From: Gemmatimonadota bacterium
GTDB lineage: Bacteria; Gemmatimonadota; Gemmatimonadetes; Gemmatimonadales; GWC2-71-9
Assembly (NCBI GenBank): GCA_036679605.1
Contig: JAZDCZ010000254.1
Span: 157,807 to 221,806, forward strand
DNA: 64,000 nucleotides
Direction: 5' to 3'
A program made the translations under genes and the position numbers. Of this stretch, positions 8,921 through 17,419 are shown in pieces. The notes under the pieces were generated by a model. It saw only the letters and a list, made by a program, of their open reading frames with translations, was not told where the DNA came from and did no database searches. How positions within the stretch are numbered: position 1 is the first letter of the stretch; every line of letters starts with the position of its first letter.

Positions 8921-8952
8921 ATTCTAAACCACTTACCATGGTATAGAGTCAA
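8921..8952 (-). promoter_or_regulatory. MerR-type long-spacer promoter
   Basis: TTGACT-20bp containing TACCATGGTA dyad-TAGAAT upstream of merT relic. Confidence 0.65.
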
Positions 8953-8984
8953 GGGCTCGTACCGATATGTGAGTTCAATATTTT

Positions 8985-9058
<74 letters not shown>

Positions 9059-9145
9059 CTCGCAAGTAGAAATCGCATCGTGAGTTACACCCGGTGGGAT
9101 TTTTTCTCGCACCAGCGTACCCACTGAATTGTCACATACTTTTTG

Positions 9146-9235
9146 CAGTGGTTAGAGATGGAGAACGACGATCCCCTCGCCGACCTCACGGTCGCGGACG
9201 TTGCGCGGCACCTCCGCCGATCACCCGCCAGCCCT
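9146..9235 (+). pseudogene. Excisionase-like HTH gene fragment
   Basis: QWLEMENDDPLADLTVADVARHLRRSP immediately after the att-like module. Confidence 0.55.
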
Positions 9236-10255
9236 CAGCGGGCCACCTTCCTGGATGTGTCCGTCCAGCGATCGAAGAAACGCCAGCAGCGCCGCTTTGT
9301 CGCGGTCGGACAGCCCGAGCGGCAGTAGGCGTTGGTCGAGGTACGGATTCGCGTGCCCACCCCCGTCGTAGAAATCGATCACCTCTTCGAGCGTGGCCAG
9401 ACTTCCGTCGTGCATGTACGGAGCGGTGCGCGAGACATGCCGCAGAGTGGGCGTCTTGAACGCACCTACATGCTCGGCCCGTCCGGTTACGAATGCCCGA
9501 CCTGAATCCGCCGGCTCCCCATTCCGCCAAGCGACGCCCGTGTTGTGAAACGCCAGGTCGGTCAGTAGCGCGCCGAGGTGGCATCGGGTGCACCGTGCGC
9601 GCCCTTGAAACAGGTTCAGACCTCTTCGTTCGACTGCATTCAAAGCGTCCCGATCGCCATCCGCGAACCGATCGAAGCGTGACCCACCGGCACGAATGGA
9701 GCGGACGTACACCGCCAGGGCTCGGGCCAGGCCGTCACGCGTAACCTCTTCCCCAAGTGCTCCATTAAAGAGTCGGGGGTAATCCACGTTCTGACGGAGC
9801 CGCTGAACGACCTGGTCCACGGTCATGTCCATCTCGTTTGTCGCCACGAGCGGCTGAAGCACTTGCTCCTCGAGCGTCGTGGTCCTGCCGTCCCAGAAGA
9901 ACGTCTTCCCCCAGGTCAGGTTCAAAATGGCGGGAACATTCCTAGATCCTATCCGACCAAACACCCCCACACTGACTTCGCTGCTATTGGCAAATCCGCG
10001 GTCGGGCTGGTGGCACGAGGCGCAGGCCAAACTAGAATCGCGGGAAAGGTCCGCGTCGAAAAACAGTTTTCTCCCAAGCGCCACGACATCCGGCCCCACC
10101 CTGACACCGGGAGGTAACGGCACGTAGAGATCCAATCCGGCAGGGGCCACTGAAGCCCGTCGGGCCTGGGCTTTCGCCGTCACCGGCAGCGCGGCTCCGG
10201 CGGTAAGCGCCGAAACCGCAGCTGCCACGAATACAAATCGCAGAAGCCGGTGCAC
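9221..10255 (-). CDS. Di-heme cytochrome c peroxidase (CcpA/MauG family)
   Basis: CASCH and CTRCH, FFWDGR, FKTPTLR, APYMHDGS; GTG start with GGAG RBS. Confidence 0.9.
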   Translation of the reverse strand: MHRLLRFVFVAAAVSALTAGAALPVTAKAQARRASVAPAGLDLYVPLPPGVRVGPDVVALGRKLFFDADLSRDSSLACASCHQPDRGFANSSEVSVGVFGRIGSRNVPAILNLTWGKTFFWDGRTTTLEEQVLQPLVATNEMDMTVDQVVQRLRQNVDYPRLFNGALGEEVTRDGLARALAVYVRSIRAGGSRFDRFADGDRDALNAVERRGLNLFQGRARCTRCHLGALLTDLAFHNTGVAWRNGEPADSGRAFVTGRAEHVGAFKTPTLRHVSRTAPYMHDGSLATLEEVIDFYDGGGHANPYLDQRLLPLGLSDRDKAALLAFLRSLDGHIQEGGPLRAGG

Positions 10256-10263
10256 AATCTCCC

Positions 10264-12543
10264 CTACCGACCGGTGTCGTCCTGCCAGGGGAAGCCTTCG
10301 GCCACCCAGAGCTCGTTGAACCCTTTCCATGTCGAGTACGCGATCCGCACGCCGTCGGGATGAAACCTCAAGTTGGCCAGTTGATATGGCGTGATCGGGA
10401 GATCGAGAGCTCTTGGCACTCCCCCGTTTACATCGACGATCCGGATCTCAAAGTCGTCCGCATCTCCGCCGGTCGGCTCGACCGCATAAATCAACTGCTT
10501 CCCATCAGGCGTCCACTTCAACGCGATTACACGCCCTGAGTGCGGTTCCCCATGCTCGTAATCATGCTCGACGCTATCGAGCTCACGTGGTGGGCCACCG
10601 GTCAGCGGGAACACGACGAGAACCGAGATCGCCGCCGTGTCGCTGTTCAAAGCCGCCGCGATCGTCTTCCCGTCGGGTGACAACTGCCAATAACCCATAT
10701 TGGTCCCCTCGTCCCCCAAATAGGCGAGTTGCGGTATGGGTTCACGCTCCCCGTCAGCGAGCGAACGGATCCATTTTATTCCGTTCCGCACCAAGAGAAG
10801 ATCCTCACCGGGGCGTTGCGGTTCGTCGCCGCTCCCGAAAAGGTTTTGGTCGGTCTGTCCGACGATACGAATGCCCGAAGAGCGCAGCCCTCGCGCCTGG
10901 CGTCCGTCGGTGAAGTGAAACTCGGTATTGGCGCCCGCCACCGAAGCCATGCCCGCGAAATCCCGGCGGTATTCCTCCCGTGTGACTTCGCCGGTCATCG
11001 CATCGATGCGGTACGACACACGACCCCGCGCATCACTCTCGAAATCTCCCCCCTCCACCCAAACGAACCGTCCATCATGGGACCAATCGGGTCGGCTGTG
11101 TCTGTGAAGCTCCCGGAATGGAAGGGGGTGAGCAAGTTCCTCACCCGTCGAGACGGTGTTCACGACCAGGTGTAATGACTCCTGGTCAACGCCGCGACGG
11201 GAGAGATACGCAATTCGCTCGCCGTCGGGCGACCACGCCGGCCGCAGGTTGGTGCCCAGGTGTGACTCGGGAAGTCGCGACGTGTTACGAAGCGATCCGG
11301 AACCTGAGAGGTCCAACTCCGCCACATACACCTCGCTTTCGATTCCGCGGACCGCGAAGTACGGTGCTCCCGAACTGGTGAGACCCATCGGAACCATCGG
11401 CCCGAGGTTCGGCTGCACCAACTCGGGCTCGCCTTGGACGCGCCCGTCCTCCCACGGGACGGCCCACAGACCCCTCTGTCCCGACCGGTCGCTCGTAAAG
11501 ACGATGCGACGACCATTCGGTGTCCACATGGGCATTTCGTCATCGGTCGGATGCGGGGCAATCGGTATCTCCTCCGATCCGTCCGTGGCCAGCACGAACA
11601 CGTCGTGCGTTTCTTCCCCTTCGGCTGGCGGATACCCGAAGGCCACGTAACGCCCGTCGGGAGAGAGAGCGAGAGATGCCGGGCGGTGGGTCCCAAGCGT
11701 CTTGAGGATGGTGAGCGACCCATCAGTGGACACGAGACCGACTCTGAAGACGTCGTCCCAACCCTTCAAGATGACGGCCACGGCCGAAGTGCGAGAGGAG
11801 AAGGCCCCCGGCACCACCTCCGCAAACTGGAGGTTGTCGAGGATCGCCCGATTCTCCGATCCGTCGGGTCGCACGACGCTAAGCCGCTGATGCGTCCATT
11901 CCTTTACCCACTCGGCATAGGCCAACCACGCACCGTCCTCGGACCAAATCGCGAGCGTGATGTACCCATCGATTGGGCCCTGCGACCAACGGTCAGTGAC
12001 GACGCGCGAGCGTCCGTTTCGAATGTTGTATACGGCAACATCCGCATGGCCTCGAAGGGGAGGAGCATCTGCAACTCCCCAGTCCACGAACAGAACCTCG
12101 CGGCCATCCGGTGACAGGCCCCCGGGATTGAGGAACACGCCAGCGGACCACAATCGCCGGGTTCTCAAGCCATGCTCATCGGTGTTTCGTTGCGCGTCAT
12201 CCCCCACCAGCACTGCAAGGCGGGCGCGAGCACGTTGAGCTGCCTCGCGCTGATCCGCATAGTCGCTTAGTACGCGATTGTAGGCCACCTGCGCTTGCGC
12301 CTGGCCGAGCGTTTCGTACACCTGGCCGAGTTCGACGAGGGCCAGGGCGGCGATGTCGCGATAGTCGGGAAAATCCTCGATGAGACTCCGGTAGAGACCG
12401 ATGGCCGCATGCGCGTCTCCACGGACGTCGACCTCGTAGCGGGCTGCCTCGAGAAGAATCTTGGGGCTGGCTTGTTGTGATGCGACTGCCGGTGCCGCAA
12501 GCAGAAGGATCATGGCGAAACTGCAGAGTATGGACGTTTTCAT
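10264..12543 (-). CDS. Exported TPR plus PD40/TolB-like beta-propeller protein
   Basis: Signal peptide, TPR-like helices, repeated WSPDG/LSPDG blades. Confidence 0.8.
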   Translation of the reverse strand: MKTSILCSFAMILLLAAPAVASQQASPKILLEAARYEVDVRGDAHAAIGLYRSLIEDFPDYRDIAALALVELGQVYETLGQAQAQVAYNRVLSDYADQREAAQRARARLAVLVGDDAQRNTDEHGLRTRRLWSAGVFLNPGGLSPDGREVLFVDWGVADAPPLRGHADVAVYNIRNGRSRVVTDRWSQGPIDGYITLAIWSEDGAWLAYAEWVKEWTHQRLSVVRPDGSENRAILDNLQFAEVVPGAFSSRTSAVAVILKGWDDVFRVGLVSTDGSLTILKTLGTHRPASLALSPDGRYVAFGYPPAEGEETHDVFVLATDGSEEIPIAPHPTDDEMPMWTPNGRRIVFTSDRSGQRGLWAVPWEDGRVQGEPELVQPNLGPMVPMGLTSSGAPYFAVRGIESEVYVAELDLSGSGSLRNTSRLPESHLGTNLRPAWSPDGERIAYLSRRGVDQESLHLVVNTVSTGEELAHPLPFRELHRHSRPDWSHDGRFVWVEGGDFESDARGRVSYRIDAMTGEVTREEYRRDFAGMASVAGANTEFHFTDGRQARGLRSSGIRIVGQTDQNLFGSGDEPQRPGEDLLLVRNGIKWIRSLADGEREPIPQLAYLGDEGTNMGYWQLSPDGKTIAAALNSDTAAISVLVVFPLTGGPPRELDSVEHDYEHGEPHSGRVIALKWTPDGKQLIYAVEPTGGDADDFEIRIVDVNGGVPRALDLPITPYQLANLRFHPDGVRIAYSTWKGFNELWVAEGFPWQDDTGR

Positions 12544-12653
12544 CGGTGACCTCCAACAGGGACATGCCAAATCGTATTTCGATGCAACGATATCCCTGTC
12601 GTTCGACGCTTGCCCGAAGCCGGGATGGGCGCTTGGTGAAGACTACACGAAGT

Positions 12654-13337
12654 TCATTCCGCGAACCGGTATCCCACGCCTCGGACCTGAATGAGATGGC
12701 GGGGCTCCGCGGGATCGTCCTCAAGCTTCCTTCTCAAGTTCGCTATGTGCGTATCGACCGTTCTGGGAAAGACGGAAGCGGGATCATCCCATAGGTGGTC
12801 CAATATGTCGGAACGGCTCACCGCCTCGTGGCGATGCTCGATCAGATACTTGAGGAGATCGAACTCCAACTTGGTCATTTCCAGCGACTCCCCGTTCCGT
12901 GTCGCCTGGTACTTCCGGAAATCGACCTCGACGTTCCCAAATCTGCAGGTATCCATTGTCGCGGGTGTGGGCCGCCCCCGTCGCAGTATCGCCTTGATGC
13001 GAGCCCCAAGTTCTCGCGGGCTGAACGGCTTGGTGACGTAGTCGTCGGCACCAAGTTCGAGACCGAGCACCTTATCGACCTCCTGCCCCTTGGCCGTGAG
13101 CATGAGTATCGGTGTCTCCACCCCTTCGCCGCGGAGTCGCCTGCACACGTCGAAACCGTCCATGCCAGGCAGCATGATGTCCAGAATGATGAGGTCGAGC
13201 GAGGTCTTGCCGGCCTTGCGCAAACCCGATGGACCGTCCCTCGCCGTCTCCACCTCGTACCCGTCGAGGGTGAGGTGATCTTCGAGGGCCATGAGAATGC
13301 TCTCTTCGTCTTCGATGATCAGGATCTTCGACATCAC
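12654..13337 (-). CDS. OmpR family response regulator
   Basis: IIEDE, LDIMLP, LTAK, KPF, RTVDTHIANLRRKLE, VRGVGYRF. Confidence 0.95.
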   Translation of the reverse strand: MMSKILIIEDEESILMALEDHLTLDGYEVETARDGPSGLRKAGKTSLDLIILDIMLPGMDGFDVCRRLRGEGVETPILMLTAKGQEVDKVLGLELGADDYVTKPFSPRELGARIKAILRRGRPTPATMDTCRFGNVEVDFRKYQATRNGESLEMTKLEFDLLKYLIEHRHEAVSRSDILDHLWDDPASVFPRTVDTHIANLRRKLEDDPAEPRHLIQVRGVGYRFAE

Positions 13338-15442
13338 GTCCCCCCGGTATTGTGAGTTACCGACGGATCGGCGACGAGCGGGAGGCGCATGGAAAACGTG
13401 CTGCCTCGACCGAGTTCACTGTGCACATGGACATCGCCTCCGTGCGCTCCGACGATTTGCTTGACGAGCGTAAGACCGAGGCCGGTGCCCTTGACGCTCC
13501 GGGTGAGTTCACCGCCGCCCCGATAGAAACGATCAAAAACTTTGTTGGCCTCCTCAGGTGCCAATCCGATTCCGAAATCCCGGACGGCAATGACGATGTG
13601 GGCATTCTCGCGGAAGCTCCTCACGACCACCTCTCTCGACGAGCCGGAATACTTCACTCCATTGTCGATGAGGTTGTTGAGTGCCTGGCGGATGGCATCG
13701 GCGTCGAGGAACGCGCGGGGAAGCTGGTCTTCGAGTTCGGCGCGCACGGTGAAGCCCTCGTGAACCACGCGATGCTGCGCCTCGGTGACGATATCCTCGA
13801 CCAACGATCTCACGTCCACAGCCGCCCTGGACATCTCTCGTCGGCCTTCGTCCATCCGGGCAAAGTCGAGCACGTTATCGATGAGCATCGACAGGCGTTC
13901 GCTCTGCTCTACAAGGACGTCGTAGTAGCGACGCCGTCTGTCCTCCGATGGAACCATGTCTGCCTTGAGCATCTCGGCCAATTGACGTATTGCCGTGAGC
14001 GGGCTCTTGAACTCGTGGGACACCGTAGACACGAAATCCGACTGCATGCGGGCCAGCTCCAGCTCTCGAGTGATGCTTCGAATCGTGAGAACCAAGCCAA
14101 AAAGCAGAATGCCAGCAAGTAGCACAAACGCATAGAGATATACCGCGCGCCGCGAGATCAGGAAATTCTCCGCGAGACCGATCGCTTGCGGTGATAGTTG
14201 CAGACTCCAAGGCGGAAAGTCGCCGAGGCTCGCCGTGACCGCAAGCGAGCCCGAGGGCGGTGCCGCACCAGACGCGGCGAGCGTGTCACCGCTCTGCGTT
14301 CGCAGAGCCCAGACCACTCGTCCGGCGTGATCCGGGAGCGGCGCCTGGACGATGTCCCGCGCAAACGCCCCGACATCGAGCAGGAGGCCCCAGCCGATGG
14401 ACGCCGCCCCGGACGGGCGGTGGATGAGCAGCACCGTGTGAAACGCGCGGCCCCCGGGGCCGACCAGAGAGCGCCGCACATTGCCGCCTCCCACATCCAG
14501 TTGGCTCCTGGCCACCACCTGGAATTCGAGGAGCGACTCAGCATGCTCGCGACTCACTCTCTCGGCAGCGATGAGGCCTGCCACGGTATCACCGTACGAA
14601 AGGAATGCGTCAGACCGTGCAATTCCTTCGAGCACCTGACGCGCACGGCCTGCAAGCATTTCGAAATGAGCCGGAGTGACGGACCACCGCCCATCCACGA
14701 GGGATTGGTAGAACTCGAGATAGGCGTTAGCCCCGGAGACGCTATCTCCTGCCTCGAGCAGGATCGCTCCGTACTCCAATCCGGCAGCCGCTCCGAGCGG
14801 CAGTCCGCTCGGCATTCGTACGTGGCCAAACCCGTCGCGAATCTCTTTGTATGTCTCACCACCGTTGGCCAGGTTGCCGAGCTTACGCTGGACACGGGCT
14901 ACAGCATTCAGGGCCTCGCCGCGCTCTCGGTCGTTGGCCGCACGGACTGTCAGTCGCTGGTAACTCATCAGTGATCCCTGGAGGTCGCCGGATCGAAATT
15001 CGCGCGTCCGGGCGGCGTGGAAGCTGGCCGTCCATTCGTCTGTCGTGGACGCCGGCGCGCGCTGCTCTGGCTCCATCTCGAATCGGAGACCCCTCGTCGC
15101 CACGACACGCAGAGGGCCTGCTGGTTCCACAGAGAACACCGCCTGCACCAGCGGCTCCTCCCAGACCAGTCTGTCGACACCCGCCAACACATCGGAGCCC
15201 AGCGAGTCGGCTGACGCGATTACCGAAGCAAGCGCCTGTTCGAGGCCGTCCAGTCGCCCCTCCACCGCCCGCCGAATCTGGACCGCGATCTCCTGCAGTC
15301 GCGTCCGTTGCTCGCGCTCCACCAATGCCTGGTCGTTTTGGATTCCCCGAAACGCCAGATACGCGAGAAGGCCGCTCGGGAGCGCAATCCCAAACACAAA
15401 CGAGAGCAGGATTCGGTTTCGGGCGTGCCGACTCGACATCAT
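13334..15442 (-). CDS. Membrane sensor histidine kinase
   Basis: SHEFKSPL H-box, NLIDNGVKYS, DFGIG, GTGLGL; two TM segments. Confidence 0.93.
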   Translation of the reverse strand: MMSSRHARNRILLSFVFGIALPSGLLAYLAFRGIQNDQALVEREQRTRLQEIAVQIRRAVEGRLDGLEQALASVIASADSLGSDVLAGVDRLVWEEPLVQAVFSVEPAGPLRVVATRGLRFEMEPEQRAPASTTDEWTASFHAARTREFRSGDLQGSLMSYQRLTVRAANDRERGEALNAVARVQRKLGNLANGGETYKEIRDGFGHVRMPSGLPLGAAAGLEYGAILLEAGDSVSGANAYLEFYQSLVDGRWSVTPAHFEMLAGRARQVLEGIARSDAFLSYGDTVAGLIAAERVSREHAESLLEFQVVARSQLDVGGGNVRRSLVGPGGRAFHTVLLIHRPSGAASIGWGLLLDVGAFARDIVQAPLPDHAGRVVWALRTQSGDTLAASGAAPPSGSLAVTASLGDFPPWSLQLSPQAIGLAENFLISRRAVYLYAFVLLAGILLFGLVLTIRSITRELELARMQSDFVSTVSHEFKSPLTAIRQLAEMLKADMVPSEDRRRRYYDVLVEQSERLSMLIDNVLDFARMDEGRREMSRAAVDVRSLVEDIVTEAQHRVVHEGFTVRAELEDQLPRAFLDADAIRQALNNLIDNGVKYSGSSREVVVRSFRENAHIVIAVRDFGIGLAPEEANKVFDRFYRGGGELTRSVKGTGLGLTLVKQIVGAHGGDVHVHSELGRGSTFSMRLPLVADPSVTHNTGGT

Positions 15443-15596
15443 ATGGAATGCGATCCGATCAAGAAGAAGCAGGGCCTGGCTCGAGGCTTTCTATAATGGG
15501 GCTCTTCACAAAGTAGGGAAGTCCCTGTCGCCCGCTTGAAGGGGCGGGGAAGTTCGTGTCAAGGCTGTGTGAAGGCGACGCTGTCCACCGCTGGCC

Positions 15597-15715
15597 AGAT
15601 GGAGCTTCAGATCCTCGGCGAGGTAGACCGTCGCCATGCCGCCTTCACCGAGGTGGCGTTCGATCCGGTACCGGTCCGCCAGGGCGGTCGAGAGCCGGGA
15701 GGTGATCTCGGGCAT
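15597..15715 (-). pseudogene. Ser/Thr protein kinase N-terminal stub
   Basis: MPEITSRLSTALADRYRIERHLGEGGMATVYLAEDLK, then homology ends. Confidence 0.8.
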
Positions 15716-15747
15716 ATATAGGAAAAGATGCTCGCGTCTGCTGTGCA

Positions 15748-15871
15748 TCGAATCCCGTCTGGCGCATTGGTAACTAGAAATCCCATCGTGAGTTACACAC
15801 GGTTGGATTTTTTCTCGCACCCGCCTACCGACTGAATTGTCACATGCTTTTGTTACAACGGCTGCTGGCCT
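15748..15871 (+). mobile_element. tRNA-Arg 3' fragment plus third copy of terminator/palindrome module (att-like)
   Basis: TCGAATCCCGTCTGGCGCA equals 5124-5142; downstream sequence aligns with 5151-5262. Confidence 0.8.
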
Positions 15872-15914
15872 TGCGAGCCAACGCTCCAAGCCCGGGGTCG
15901 TGAGTAGTACGAAG

Positions 15915-16004
15915 ATGAGCATCGAGGACCGACTCCGACAAATCGTGACCGCGCTTCCCGAACAGGCCAGCGTCACCCTGCCGGTCCTGTTGGTGAAGGA
16001 GTGG
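15915..16004 (+). pseudogene. N-terminal stub of a small gene after the att module (putative excisionase-like)
   Basis: MSIEDRLRQIVTALPEQASVTLPVLLVKEW, cut off by the VapC 3' end. Confidence 0.45.
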
Positions 16005-16008
16005 CGAC

Positions 16009-16386
16009 CTAGCCACCGTTGAACCTGATATCGGGCATCGGGTAGTGCTTTCGGTTGAGTGTCCACAAGCAGACGCCCGTCGTCGTCGCCGCCGCCGCAA
16101 CCAAAGCGTCGGCGAGTTCGAGCCCGTGTGATCGTGCGTAGCGCGCCAGGTAAGCGCCCGCTCGCCGACCTACATGCCCGTCGAGCACGATCTCTCCACG
16201 GGCCTCGAAGAACGCTTGCGTTAGCGGTTCTTCGCCGGGCCGAAGTCCTGCGTAGATCTCCGCCCAGGCGATTGCAGTGCAATAGATGGGTACACCGCTT
16301 GCTTCAAGCGCAGTTGCCGCATCCACAGTCTCTGTCCGGCCGCGGAGAATCTCGATGATAACGTCGGAGTCGTAGAGGACTCCGAC
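16009..16386 (-). CDS. vapC: VapC/PIN toxin (start codon uncertain)
   Basis: VLYDSDVII, AEIYAG, LADALVAAAA, TLNRKHY. Confidence 0.85.
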   Translation of the reverse strand, partial: VGVLYDSDVIIEILRGRTETVDAATALEASGVPIYCTAIAWAEIYAGLRPGEEPLTQAFFEARGEIVLDGHVGRRAGAYLARYARSHGLELADALVAAAATTTGVCLWTLNRKHYPMPDIRFNGG

Positions 16387-16638
16387 TAGTGCCGCTTCCG
16401 ACGTGTACTGCGACGGAGCCGCCTCACGTACGCGTCGGTGCTGTCGAGTTCTTCCCGGTCGTGCCATAGCGAGGTAATCCCCTCGAGAGTTGCCATGCGC
16501 TCATCGACGTGCCCACCCACGTATGCTCGCGCGACCGCTTCCCGCACCAAATCGGAGATGGTGCGCCCCTGCTTTTCGGCCAACCTGCGGAGCCGCTGAT
16601 GGACAGCTTCGTCGAGGTAAAGTTGCGTCCTAATCATA
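16386..16638 (-). CDS. CopG/RHH antitoxin (VapB-like)
   Basis: MIRTQLYLDEAVHQRLRRLAEKQGRTISDLVREAV; upstream of PIN gene. Confidence 0.85.
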
Positions 16639-16677
16639 TGATGTATATACATTGCTGTATAGAGGCTGTCAACGGGG

Positions 16678-16889
16678 TTATTCGACTACCCTAAGGCGCT
16701 GCCAGGCGCTACTTACGGTCAGTTTGAGAACATAGCCCCCACAGTGCGGCTTGAGTTTGGTGCGCGTGCGGCGCACCATCCGGCAGGAACATTCTCTATC
16801 AGGCCCTACGCCGCCGAGACTTCGAGGAGCCCGACCTCGATGAGATCATGGCAGATCTTACCAAGCTGGAGCCGCGCCTGAACGCCTTG
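16678..16889 (+). pseudogene. AbiEii nucleotidyltransferase toxin relic
   Basis: LFDYPKAL...IAPTVRLEFGARAAHHP...IRPYAAE joined out of frame to C-terminal FEEPDLDEIMADLTKLEPRLNAL. Confidence 0.65.
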
Positions 16890-16967
16890 TACCTGTACCA
16901 GCTGCAGCGGCCCGTAACACTTGAAGTTGCCAGCGCGTTAACGATCGCTAGCCGGATAGGCTCCGCA

Positions 16968-17330
16968 TTACAAATCAATCCGAAGGACGACGACGTAGGG
17001 TACGTCGAGTTCATCGAACTCAACTCCGTACAATAGGTTCCCGCGTACAATCGGCTGGGGTGAGCTGCGCAGCACAACGGGGAGCGTGATTCGCCTGAGG
17101 AATGCGCCGTCCGCATCATGAATCTCCATCACACGGTCGGTACCGTCGGTGGTCAGGAGGGTCCAGATCCGATCAGCCTCGTCGAGAAAGAACCCTTGCA
17201 AAGCCGGTCTTGCGCGTGGGATCCTAGACAGGTCAATGCGACCGCCGACGCGGCGGAATCGAGCCAGGGCTTCAATAGCTGCTTCGCGCGCCCTGTCGGT
17301 GACAGGCACAGGCTCCAAGCGGCGCGCGAT
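16968..17330 (-). pseudogene. C-terminal fragment of a 6-bladed beta-propeller protein
   Basis: FFLDEADRIW, DADGAFLRRITLP, LYGVEFDELDVPYVV resemble the C-terminus of 60337-61617. Confidence 0.6.
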
Positions 17331-17419
17331 CACCGGGCTCTGCGATTGTCTGCCGGGCGAGCGGGGACCGCCACACCTATATTGCACCATTCTTCGCCAA
17401 GCAATCTCGGGAGTCTTGC

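Noticed and set aside
15506..16282. 258-aa ORF containing a kinase motif
   Set aside because: Chance read-through across vapC and the att module; only 15597-15715 is kinase-like.
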